Shown: positions 1-15,420 of the stretch, one piece after another | Position numbering within the stretch: the first letter of the stretch is position 1 | Layout: each line of letters starts with the position of its first letter | From: Catajapyx aquilonaris | Lineage: Eukaryota | NCBI GenBank assembly: GCA_000934665.2 | Contig: JYFJ02001487.1 | Coordinates: forward strand, 58,127-78,126 | Length of the DNA stretch: 20,000 nucleotides | Reading direction: 5' to 3' | Notes under the pieces: model-generated | Seen by the model: only the letters and a program-made list of their open reading frames with translations | The model's database searches: none | Told to the model about the DNA's origin: nothing | Made by a program: the position numbers and the translations under genes

Positions 1-756
1 AAGTACCACGATTTCAGAAAATTCGTCTGGTACAGTTCTCAATGTATATATATTCCGTATATTTTAGCGTGTAGGCTATTTCATAATTAAGACTAACCGT
101 TGTCTGGTGGCACTCAAGTTTGGTTTTTTTACGACTCTCTCTGTGAAAATCATTTTAGGAACTTAAGCGACAAAAAATCGTCTCCAATACATTCATAGTG
201 CAGAGCATAAACGTGTTAGTATGATATGATACGTATATCACTGTAGCTGTTATTATTTGTAAAATATCTTGTCCTTGTCTTCAGAGTACGAGTAAGCTAC
301 AACCTACGTAGGCGATGGTGGTACATCTGACATTGCGAAGAGGTTTTAAAAAATAACACTTAAATAAGAGCAAAAACATTCCCTCCAGCGAAAAAAAATG
401 GTAGTGAGACCTCCGTGGTGGAATGAAAGTACTGAAACAAGGCAGGCGCACGTAAGACCCCTCACCAATTAAGCTGTACCATAGGTCTTACTCAAGCAAT
501 TCTCTAGTACTGTATGGAACGGCTCGTAAAAACTACTGCTGCAAACTACTCACAATGTCAGAGCAGTAGGTAGGATTTTATTTTGAAAAGAAAAAAATTG
601 GTAAAAAAAACTCGAAAAAAACTAAACCCATCCTAACAGACTATAGGACATTTTCGTTCCTGAAAATGCAAACTCCAATCGAAAAAGACCCTCTAAAATT
701 CACCAATTAACGTTTACATGTGAAAAATTAAACATTAGAGTTAAAATCAGCATCTA

Positions 757-968
757 CCGAAGCAGTATAGTGGATATGGTGTCCGACTGTTAATCGGGAG
801 GTCCTGGGTTCGAATCCCGGAGGCCGGCGATCCTGACCTTGGTTTTCTGTGGTTTTCCAAGGTCACCCCAGGAATAATTTCCGGGATCGTACCGTAAAAT
901 AGGCCACAGCCGCTTCCTTCCTTTCCCTGTCCTGGAGGAGGTGCGGGTCAGTGGGGGATTTCTTACTC
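757..968 (+). mobile_element. tRNA-derived SINE (tRNA-like head with GTT anticodon loop plus structured non-tRNA body)
   Basis: Pol III A-box-like CAGTATAGTGG (763-773) and B box GGTTCGAATCC (807-817). Anticodon arm TCCGA-CTGTTAA-TCGGG, but the acceptor stem pairs poorly. The body (GGTTTTCTGTGGTTTTCC...CCAGG...CCGGGAT...GGCCACAGCCGCTTCCTTCC) resembles arthropod tRNA-SINE bodies as I recall them. Possible 7-bp TSD GCATCTA at 750-756 and 969-975. The 3' boundary is uncertain. Confidence 0.8.
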
Positions 969-1640
969 GCATCTAGGGGTCATCTTGGCGATGCCAATGC
1001 ATGATAAATTTCGAGTAGGCCTACTCCCGAAATTAAGGCGTCTAAGGTCCCACGTCACGGTCACATACTTCCGCATTTGGGGTCCCTGGACAACTTCTTC
1101 CCAGCGTGCCCATATGGCAAGACGGCACTGGGTGTGTAATGGTGCTCAATTTTTTACCTGCATTACTGATTCTTTGCCCATCTACATTTTGGCAACAAGA
1201 GTGGGTCAGAGTAATTTTTGACAACAATTCTGTCGCCTTCCAGCCAGCACATGACCCTTATTATTACCATACCTCCATTACTTCATCTGTCACAACAGCA
1301 ATTGCAGAAGTTACCAGGCAGTGCCTGAGGAGCCAGTGCTGTTATTGTTGGGCCAGTGTGTCTTCGGGGATCATCCCAAGGCTCCCAAGTGGACATAAAC
1401 CCATCTTCCATGAGCTGCTCGTTTTAGGACAGGTGGCTGGTAAATCCCCTCCTCCTAAAATTCAACCAGCAATGTTCAAATTGCTGCGAAAATGGCTCCC
1501 AAATTCACCAACATGTGTATATGAATGATGTTAATCACATTTACCGACGAGCCCGCGGGAAGCGGCGCCACCAACATCCTCAATTTTTGAATTTTTGAAT
1601 ATATAGTTTTTAAATTTTGAATTTTTGAATAAATATTTGG

Positions 1641-1832
1641 ATTTTACATTGGATTTTTTGAATAAATTAATATTATTGTGAATTTTACATTGGATTTTTT
1701 GAATAAATTTATATTATTGTGAATTTTACATTAGATTTTTTTGAATAAATTAGTATTATTGTGAATTTTACATTGGATTTTTTGAATAAATTAATATTAT
1801 TGTGAATTTTACATTGAATTTTTTGAATAAAA
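1641..1832. repeat. AT-rich minisatellite, ~41-bp unit, ~4.7 copies
   Basis: Unit AATTTTACATTGGATTTTTTGAATAAATTAATATTATTGTG repeated head-to-tail at 1641, 1681, 1722, 1764 and 1805 (partial), preceded by degenerate AATTTTTGA repeats from ~1582. Confidence 0.92.
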
Positions 1833-2139
1833 TGAAGACTGTCTGTGAATAATTTTTTTTGCGTCAACCAACATAAGCAATAATTATACGCACCTGTGAA
1901 TGGGTTAAATTCGCGAAAAATATGCAAACAGACGGGTTTTTTTCCACTTTAAATTCAAATAATGGCGCGTCCACCACATTGGCATTTTGGAATTTACACT
2001 AATAAACAATTAAATCTAGAAATGCTGCCATTTACTTATAATTTTTTTTACTTCATTCTATTTCTTTTTTAAATATTAAAAAAATGTGCCAACTTCCCCC
2101 CCCCCCCCCCATTCTCCACCCTCTCCTCTTCCCCCCACC

Positions 2140-2200
2140 TGCCCCCACCACCACGGGACCAGTGACGTCACGTCCATGTGACCTCCAACATGGCGGAATG
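2140..2200 (+). promoter_or_regulatory. Putative PI4K2 core promoter
   Basis: CRE/ATF palindrome TGACGTCA (2163-2170), E-box CATGTG (2175-2180) and YY1-like CCAACATGGCGG (2185-2196) in a CpG-retaining region ~240 bp upstream of the predicted ATG at 2431. Confidence 0.55.
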
Positions 2201-2430
2201 CAGATAAAGTGGTGCGGAGGTGGAGAAGGTAAAATAATACTGGCCAAATCTCATTCCAAGTCTCGGCCTCCCCCTTGTGATTAACTCAATGCTTTTTGGG
2301 GTTCAGGCTTTGTCCATCAGCTTTGAGGGTACAGGAGCAGGGCTTGTGAGAAGGGCAGGGGAAGGGATATCTCGAAGGAGGAGAGGGGGGATATCCTCTG
2401 GTATAGGGAGAGAGCCTGTAGGGCAGGCAG

Positions 2431-7086
<4,656 letters not shown>

Positions 7087-8073
7087 TCGATTGCTGACCG
7101 CAACTTTTTCGTCATACTTTGGGTGGGAAGGAAGGGAATTAATGTGGCTTTTGTGTGTCTGCACAGTGTGGTTATGACCCCCTGGATGTGTCACACATTT
7201 GTCAGAGTTCATGTGGATCATGAGCAGCTGTGTGGGTCTCCTGTATATACAAATCATATATTTTTTGTTTTTGTGAACGTCATTTGTTGCGATAGACTTT
7301 TTTTTCTCTCCTGGCACCAAATACTGTGCAGGACTTGTATAAATGTGCCATGGATTGGCATTGTTAATTATAGACTTGGTATTTAAAAAGACTGATGAAT
7401 CGTGTCACAGGACAGTATTTGTGCAGCCAGTCGCAGTAGAATAATTTTTCCTCATAATTGCTTTGGGATAAATGATACAATTGAGATAGCTGATTGCACT
7501 GTACAGGTATGCTGCGTAATAGAATTTTCCTATGGGGGACTGTGATGTGTATTTTTGTCTCCACGCCCTGTGACCTATTTGTCATCATAATGCACCACTT
7601 CTTGACTTTTTTTGGGAGTGCGATTACCAAAGTATTTTCTTCCCCTTTGTACTTTGCCACGAGGCCAGTGAATTTTGGAAATGCTTACAAGTTAGCGTAA
7701 CACGTTGCCAGTGAGATCTGTTGTGGATTTGAACCTTTTGAGTGCAGCACATGCATTCCAGTCAAGTCAAATGGAACTGGACATTTGTTGTGATAGTTTT
7801 ACCATTGTAGCTTGGATCATGTCTCCATTCATGTCATTTGTGCAAGTCTTTTTGTGAGGGAACTTTTTTGACATCCGTTTTTTTTTCTTTTCCTTTCTCC
7901 CCGTCTTTCCTTCCTGAAGCAACAATATTGTGCTTTGTATGCTGCTAATATTCATGTTAATGGAATTGCATATCTTCGTGAGTGTTTGGTGCTGCCGAGT
8001 CAGCTCACTTTCTCTATATATAAAAAAAAGGCATGATGAACATGACATTGTAATCAGAATTGTACAAAACCAT

Positions 8074-8117
8074 AATAAAAATGCAATTTTCTAATATATA
8101 TTTTGAAAGAAAATAAA
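8074..8117 (+). terminator. Candidate PI4K2 polyadenylation signals
   Basis: AATAAA at 8074-8079 and 8112-8117, followed by GT/T-rich sequence, ~1 kb after the stop codon. Confidence 0.55.
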
Positions 8118-8639
8118 AAATGGTAAAATGTTGTTTTCAACAGTTCTTTTAAACAATTACTGTATTTGATGGCATCTTGTGGGCCCACATTTCAGCAGAT
8201 CATATTTAGAGGAGGTAAAAGTCGTTTATAATAATATTCAGGGCGATTTATTTGTACCAATTTTTGGGCGGGGGGGNGGTATTTTTTTTCGGGATGACTA
8301 CGTATCCCGACGTATCCTGACTACAAATTATCGGAATACTGTGTACATATGTGGCTATCTGTAATAATTGCTTAGTTGTAACAACAAGATGGATATAGAT
8401 TGGATAAGATTATTAATGAAATCCACTGCCATATTGATAAAAAAGACATCCATCCATTAAATTAAAAAAAAAAACAGGCGGGTTAACGGCGCATTCGTAT
8501 CCCCATCCGGAACTGCAACGAAAAAAGTCACAAAAAAACATTCCATTTCCTCCCAAACACCGCAATCCAATTAAGTTTTAAAATTAAAAAATAATTAAAC
8601 TGTACATCACAACTTCAAAAATAGCCCATCACCTTGCAA

Positions 8640-8725
8640 CTGTGGCATCCGGCTGGCAAGAAAAGGAAAGAAAAGTGAAAGAAAGAGAAAGCGGCGAAAG
8701 GCGAACGAAAAAAAAAGGTTGTCCG
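8640..8725 (+). other. Candidate non-coding first exon of MFSD10 (start approximate)
   Basis: ATG-free purine-rich stretch ending in a consensus donor CCG|GTAAGT (GT at 8726), within a CpG-retaining region. The MFSD10 ATG exon starts at an acceptor (12948) and needs an upstream exon. Confidence 0.45.
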
Positions 8726-8856
8726 GTAAGTGTTCGATTTCTCTTCCCCACTGGAAAACAGACGTCCCACCATCTCCTGTCCACATTAACCAGGTACTTA
8801 ACCAGGTAATACTGTCAACCATCTAATTAACTCAGTACTAGACATTTTACTCATGT

Positions 8857-8862
8857 TTTATT
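8857..8862 (-). terminator. Candidate SAXO polyadenylation signal
   Basis: AATAAA on the minus strand (TTTATT on +), ~140 nt past the SAXO stop codon. Confidence 0.6.
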
Positions 8863-9002
8863 CCACACACAGCAAATTTCGAACGTTGCTACCAAAAATG
8901 TTATACGCATGTAAATTTCTTGTCTGTTGTGTAAAAATTGTTCTTTTTTTGGGCGGGGTTGATGGGGACCCGTTATATCACACACGATGATGATGATGCT
9001 TT

Positions 9003-12000
9003 TTAGGTGTACTTGAGCACGGGGCAGTTGAACTTCTTGCAGCACTTGATGTCCTTGCAGGGGCACTTGACCCGCCTGTTGCAGGCCTGCGCTTTGGGCA
9101 TCATGCAGAAGGGGTCCTTGAAGGACGTGCCGTATATGGTGTTGTAGTCGTTGTCGCCAGCGTTCTTCAGGCACTTCTCAGCCTCTCCCGCCGCCTTGCA
9201 CGACGTGACCGCCTTGGGCCCAATTGCCCCTGGTGGAATAGAAAACGGTCGAATTTTTGAGAGATCTTTTTTGTCGGAAGCTTAGTTGGATGGTTCAGTT
9301 TGATGCAACGCCAATACTTTTGACGACCATTAAAAATTAGTACACTGTAAACCGCAAAACATTAAAAGAGCATCACTTTTTAATGCTCTTGTGATGCTTT
9401 TTAGCAATAAAAAAGCATCACAAGAGCATTAAAAATTGATGCTCCATGGGAGACTCACCAGTGATGCTCTTTTAATGTTTTGCGGATTACAACCTATGCG
9501 AACATATGCAACGTAGTGCCAACAATATGATAGCCTCAGTTAAGACTGCCGATCTCTGAAAATGGGGCGTACCACATCATATGTAGCGATGAATTGTTAT
9601 GGTGTGCAATGGAAGCATTAGTTTGATTTGTTGCCGTTGCCAGCGTAGGGAATATCCTGCATGCATGCCACACGTATATCTTGGCGAATGACATATCTTG
9701 CTGCGTATTCCACATACCGGCAACGGTCACATCATCAAAAAACATATGCTTACATCACCCTGACACCTATTGTATGGCGTGCTGTACACACCAAGGTTGA
9801 ATAATTTATTTTCTCCGTGCATATTTTGCATGCGAATTATACAGGCCATATGTCTATACATCTCCCCGCATTGTAACTTCCATAAATTCTACTGGGATCA
9901 CTGTTGCCAGCTGTTGAAATATGGCCTCTTTGTGAGTTGATCCTTGTCCTTCTGTGTTTCAAGGTAATTAACTTGTAATTCTCGTGATCTCATTTAAATT
10001 AGGCGCACAATTAACATAATCACATAGATAAGTTCTCATCAGTGCATGGAGGTGCACTTAATCACTTTGCTCAGTAAGGTCTCAAGACGGTACGCCCTAA
10101 TGACTCCTCCCATTTTGGTCAGATTCCAAGTTGGGATATTTCACTACCCGAAGAAAATCAGAGAGTCGCTGATCCCCTCCATTACAATAAGTCTCGACCA
10201 AGAGTTTTCTATTCCTTAGGATTGCCTCACCAGTGTAGTCGTGCTTCATGGTGCTCAACCCTTCCATGGGCATGTTAGGACGCTTGTAGCACCTATCCAT
10301 TTTGTAGGAGTCTGCTGGCCTGGCTCCGCACCAGCGCGTGTAGTCGTTGGTGTAGGTCGTGCCGTCTTCCATGGGGCCGCACCCTCCCAGCTTGTTGTCT
10401 GGTGGCTTGAAAGGGTCCCTCCTCTCTCCGCAAGGCTTCATGTAGTTCTCCCTGTAGGTGGATATCGCATCCAGGCCCACACGGGGTGGCTCGTACCTGT
10501 GGGAGAGGTCGGAATCATTGCTTTTAGTTTGACTAGGTTCAGATTCCAATTTACAGAAGTGACAGATTTTTTGGCTATAGTTGTTGTGGAGAGGAAAGTG
10601 AACTTCATTTATACTTGGTCTTAGAGGCCCAAGGAGGCCGCTCTCTTCCGCTGGACTTCCATGGAACGTAGTCATCAACGTAAGTGGTGAGTCCATCCAT
10701 CCTGGCCTGGGGTTGCTGGTAGGAAGCGCAAGGCTTGTAACTCTCCGACCTGAGACCCCCAGCGGGTACCCTGAAGTCGTCCACCATTGTTGAAATGCCA
10801 TCGAATGGCACCTTTGGTGGGAAGTACTCCTGAGCTCCCTTGCAGGGAGGCAGACGCATCAGGGGCTTGGGGGTGTAGTCACTAGCGTAGGTGGATGGCT
10901 CGTTGAAGAAGCCAGCGTCTGGGCAGAGGTTGGCAGGGTGACATATGGGGCCGACCCTCGGGGCATTGGGCCAGGGACGGTAGTCATCTGAGAAAGTGGT
11001 GTTTCCCGCCATGGGAACATCTGGGAGGCGGGGGCCACGACTGCCTCGGAATGGATCGGGGCGGGAAGAGCGCATTTCACCACCGTCGTAGGGGCGGTAT
11101 GAGTTGCGATACAGGGTACCACCATCCATGGGCACAACGGGTGGACGGAATTCCTGAAGAATAGGTGTCAGTGAGGTAAGGAAATGTGTGTGCAGAGACA
11201 TGCATTAATGTTACACTGACTTTACGACTGTAAAGAAACATGCAGCATGCTACTCGGAACCAGCTTTACCTCACTGGGCTTGTATGACTTTCCAGGTCCA
11301 CCGTTTGACCCGATGAAGTCACTTCTGTAGATGCTGTCTCCTTCCATCCTGGCTTCTGGGGGCTTGTACATCTTCTTGCACAGCTGCTTCCGTGGCTCAA
11401 TCTATAAACATTGTGATGTTTTAAGATTAGTGATTGTCTCATTTTCATTGCGCAAGCTCATAACGAAACCTTACAGGCTTGGGCGTGTATTCGCATCTGT
11501 AGTTGGTGTCCATGTACCGTGGCTGGCATGGGTCAATGGATCTGGGGGCCGGGCGCATAGACTGCGCCCGGGAGTCAAGCGGCCAGGGGACATACTCCTG
11601 CAATGAGGAAGTGTTACAATGGGATTCACGGGGTGCATTGAGTCGGGTTACTCACAGATGTATACTCTGAGTTCCCTCCAAATGGTGTCGTGTCGATCTT
11701 GATGCATGGCTTATCGCTGAGAAGGGGAAACAAATTTTTATTTGCAGATAATCTATACCTTCTTAAAACAGAGAAACATGACTTGAGCATGCTCAAGTAA
11801 ATTTTCATGAAGAATCTTTGTTGATTTTTAGTTTTAATGCATATTCCACTGTCATAAATGACATTAGCTCAAGCTGTCATGTTTTGGTCCACAATCAAGT
11901 TTTAATCATTCTTTGCATTTACTATGCAAGAAAATTTAACAAGTGCGTTCCATTCAGGTAACAATTCTAGTGGACAGCTGCTGCTTTTATGAATGGAAAA

Positions 12001-12235
12001 TTTTGTCTCTATGAAAATTAAGCCAATTGTTGTGTTAACCTGTGGCCAGAAGTTAGAGATTCAGAAAACCTCGAAATTGGTACACATTTATTGCGTGTAT
12101 CTCAGAAGGCACAAGATTCATACTGATTTGCATTCACTTAAAATTTTGGGATTTGTATGTAGTGTTCTGGTATGAGCAGGAAGGATCTCACCTGTCGTCG
12201 CAAATGCAAGGACACTTCTCAGCCTCGTCCCCCAT
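9003..12235 (-). CDS. SAXO: Stabilizer of axonemal microtubules (SAXO1/2-like, FAM154/MAP6-related), ~463 aa; complement(join(9003-9229,10231-10496,10615-11153,11270-11401,11475-11597,11656-11716,12192-12235))
   Basis: Seven GT-AG exons join in phase (1392 nt) from MGDEAEKCPCICDD to CCKKFNCPVLKYT*. Pro/Tyr-rich with 12 periodic Mn-like motifs: NSEYTSEY, DTNYRCEY, DSIYRSDF, GTLYRNSY, NTTFSDDY, PSTYASDY, ISTMVDDF, LTTYVDDY, ISTYRENY, GTTYTNDY, LSTMKHDY, NTIYGTSF. N-terminal Cys cluster as in SAXO proteins. Confidence 0.88.
9346..9491. mobile_element. Foldback/MITE-like element with nested inverted repeats in the last SAXO intron
   Basis: 32-bp outer arms at 9346-9377 and 9460-9491 (1 mismatch) and 35-bp inner arms at 9368-9402 and 9410-9444 (1 mismatch), built from reiterated GAGCATCAC/AAGAGCATTAAAA motifs. 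Confidence 0.75.
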
Positions 12236-12380
12236 GCTTGACGTTTATGACAAAGAGTGCCGAGCCACAGTCTTTGGAGTCAGAGCGAGGAGGTGTAAAT
12301 TCCCTTCCAGCCCTGCCCTAATCCTGGAGGTGCCCTTCCCACAGGATTGATGATAATGGGCCCAAATAGTGTGTGTGGAC

Positions 12381-12578
12381 GTTACTATGGCACTTCCATA
12401 TTGTTACTGAAAGGGTCATCAGCCTGAAATGTCAAACATTGTTGTGTTTGTTGATTTTTTAAAATGTGTATAATTTGTCAATTACACTTGTCATTGCATT
12501 GTGTATCTGTTTAATCCGTGGATTTCACTTATCCGGAAGGGTAATGTGGATAACTGGGGGTGTCGTTGCCAAGGGAAC
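12381..12578. promoter_or_regulatory. RFX X-box-like sites upstream of SAXO
   Basis: GTTGCCAAGGGAAC (12565-12578) matches the X-box palindrome GTTGCCATGGCAAC at 12 of 14 positions. GTTACTATGGCAC (12381-12393) is a weaker match. Forkhead-like GTCAAACA and TGTTTGT lie between them. Confidence 0.55.
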
Positions 12579-12957
12579 AAACAGTTGTTGGTAATACTTT
12601 AAAAGTGCAATTTGATGAATGAGTTTGGGCATTATAACACTCGAGTAAAGCAACAAAGCTTAGAAGTGAGAGTTTGCGTGTGATTGTGTGAATTAATGGC
12701 TGTACAGCTCTAACAGTGGGATGTGCTGCATTAACTTTGCCTAGATACTTGAACATGTGCTTTGAAGCTGCGCAATTAACATGACAGAAATAAAGGGAGA
12801 TTTTGTAGCTTGAATGTGTGAAAGCCTGTGAAGTATTGGCTGAGAAGTTTGGTATTTTTCTCTTATGTAAGGAATTCTGTGTCATATGGACTAGTAACGT
12901 GCTGATTGCTTTGTTGTGATTATTTGCATTCCTATTTTCTCTTTAAAGGTCGAGACA

Positions 12958-15420
12958 ATGGGGATGACGCCAAGACCTGCTACCGTCAGAGCCATGTCAT
13001 ATGAAACATCTGGGAAAGAGAAGAGCAAATCTTTCAAGAAGAGCAGCAATGCCAACACATCGCCCCCAAAATCCATATTATTGACACTGTTTGTCTCATT
13101 GGTCTTGGATCTCGTGGCGTTCACCATGATCCTCCCATTGCTTCCCTCGATACTGGACCAGTACCACCAGAGTGATTCAAGTGGATTGTACAGATACCTG
13201 TCCAACTTTGTGCAAGGCTTTCAGGCAGCCGTTGGTGTCCCCGAGAGGTTTAACATGGTGCTGTTCGGAGGCTTCCTGGGGTCATTGTTTTCAGCCCTGC
13301 AGTTCATGGCCTCACCTCTCATTGGAAGCCTGTCAGATGTTTATGGTCGGAAGCCAATGATGCTGCTCTCTATGGTAAAGTCCACAGGTTGAAACCAGCA
13401 CTTTACTTGCAAGTCTCAATTTTGATTAAGTTATAATGGTTGTACGTTTAGTTTTGCGTCTGAACTTTTGTTAAATTAGCAACTCCATTTACTACTTTCA
13501 GGCAGGGGTTGCCATCTCATACCTGATATGGTTCTTGTCTCACAACTTTGCCCTCTTTGTTGTCTCCCGCATTGTTGGCGGCATCTGCAAAGGTAACATC
13601 AGTATTTCCACTGCTGTGGTTGCGGATGCTTGCCCACCAGAAAGACGAGGAAAGGGAATGGTAAGCCTTTAAAGCAAGTAAATGGAATGGACTGTAAATT
13701 CTGCTGAAATAGATATACTAATAAAAATGCTTTTTTTTTTCCAGGCGGCAATAGGGATTGCATTCTCTGTTGGATTTATCCTTGGGCCAATTATTGGAGC
13801 GACCTTCGCTCATTGGAATAGATCTGGAAGCTCTGTTAGCCCTGCTCTTTGCGCCCTCGTTTTGCAAGTGGTGGACATCATCTTTGTGGCCCTCTTCTTT
13901 CCGGAGACTCTGCCCAAGGTAACGTGACTCACCTTGTTTAACCACAGTTTCTAACTTGTATTCTTATCATAACAGGAGAAGAGGGCTAGGTCCATGTTTA
14001 CCACCCTGGTGTCCGCATTCGATTACATCAACCCTTCGGCACTGTTTGGATTTAAGGCTGTTCGCAACTTGTCCAAGAAACGTAAGGCTAGCAATAGCAT
14101 TTTTACATTACAAAACATTATTAGAATAAAGAGGAGTGGAAAATGTTAAATTCCAACAGATATGTAATCTGCTTGATGACGTAAACTTGTAATTGGTGGA
14201 ATCTTGACTAGTTGCCAAATATTTGGTCAACAGATCTTCGCAATGTTAATGCAGTACTGCGGCAGCACAAGCATTGTTTTGCCTGTGGCATGAATCCAAT
14301 AATTAAACATTGTTATCCCTCCAATAGCCATGGTAAACATTTAGGAATCGATGATCTATTCTGGTGTGCTAGAATCAGACAAAGGAATGCTGTTGCAGTG
14401 CGGATGATGCTGAGTTTTTCTTTCCTATTTTTTCCCCCCAGATATGGCAATCCTCTGTCGCCTTGGTTTCATCAATTTCTTGTTCCTGCTGATCTTCTCA
14501 GGCCTTGAGTTCACCTTGACCTTCCTGGTGCACATACGCTATGGCTATACCTCCATGCAGCAAGGACGCATGTTCTTTTTTATAGGGCTTGTCATGATAT
14601 TGACCCAGGGAGGATACTCCCGAAGGATGGAGCCAGGGAAGGAGAAGCGGATGGCCATGCAGGGACTTGTCTCTATTTTGCCTGCCTTTGCCATCATTGC
14701 GCTTATCGCTGAGGAGATTGTTTTCTATGGTGGTCTGCTCCTTTTCTCATTCGGTGAGTTGCAAGGGTGAGATTTGAAACTACCATAACTTCAAGTATGA
14801 CGTTACGGATATCAGTTTATATTATGGGAAAAGGGCTGTGAAATTCTTTTGGTGTATTTTAACAAGAACTCATTGAAATTTAATAATTCTGTATTGATAC
14901 TTTCAGCCTCTGCAACGATTGTTCCAAGCTTGAGCACCATCGTGTGTGGCTATGGGGCTCACGACCAGAAGGGGACTGTCCTAGGGATTTTTCGGTCTCT
15001 TGGAGCATTGGCTAGGGCCATAGGACCTGTCATTGCATCTTTCGGTCAGTATGCCAATGATGCAGGAAATTTTTTCCTTCATTATTATGGTATAAAATTG
15101 CTAGTTACTTGGCATTAATTCAGTGTTCATTTAGCAGGTCATGCTAATTATCTGCTCATTTTTAAAAGGACTTCCATCTGATGTGTTCTGGTTCAGTGGG
15201 ACATTATTAAGCTTGTGTGCTCCACAGTATTTTTATTGACAGTTTTAAATGCATGACCAGACTTTATATGGCATTGTTGATGATTATTGCAGCCTTTTGG
15301 AGTATTGGAGCAGAGATGACTTACCTGATGGGCAGTCTGACCATGTTGGTTCCATTGTACCTGATTCATCGCTACAAGGACGAAGATGGAGTGGCAATGA
15401 AGCATGGAAAAGCGCACTAG
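12958..15420 (+). CDS. MFSD10: Major facilitator superfamily transporter MFSD10 (TETRAN/Drosophila rtet-like), ~477 aa; join(12958-13374,13502-13660,13745-13918,13976-14081,14442-14753,14907-15044,15293-15420)
   Basis: Spliced translation contains LVLDLVAFTMILPLLP, VLFGGFLGSLFSALQF, MFS motif A GSLSDVYGRKP, RIVGGICKGN, GIAFSVGFILGPIIG, FSGLEFTLTFL and KGTVLGIFRSLGALARAIGP, characteristic of MFSD10. GT-AG introns in phase, 1434 nt. Confidence 0.93.

Noticed and set aside
756..830. Functional tRNA-Asn(GTT) gene
   Set aside because: The acceptor and D stems pair poorly and the sequence runs directly into a SINE-like body.
985..1528. ORFs 985-1221, 1042-1227 and 1106-1528 as genes or a TE protein
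   Set aside because: No recognisable domain in the frames read and no convincing splice structure. Possibly a decayed repeat.
1641..1832. CRISPR array
   Set aside because: The units are contiguous with no unique spacers, the context is eukaryotic, and there are no cas genes.
7123..8048. Several 60-110 aa ORFs downstream of PI4K2
   Set aside because: They lie in the T/G-rich presumptive 3'UTR, have biased composition and show no homology I recognise.
8266..8290. G-run containing an ambiguous base (n at 8277)
   Set aside because: Most likely an assembly or homopolymer artefact.
10097..11201. Overlapping ORFs 10097-10801 and 10605-11201 as a programmed frameshift or two genes
   Set aside because: Explained by the GT-AG intron 10497-10614 between two SAXO exons. 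The antisense ORF 10241-10624 is a shadow of coding sequence.
12236..12948. Simple bidirectional SAXO/MFSD10 promoter
   Set aside because: Not excluded (CCGGAAG and a donor at 12541 exist), but disfavoured because the region is relatively CpG-poor and a stronger donor in a CpG-rich region lies at 8726.
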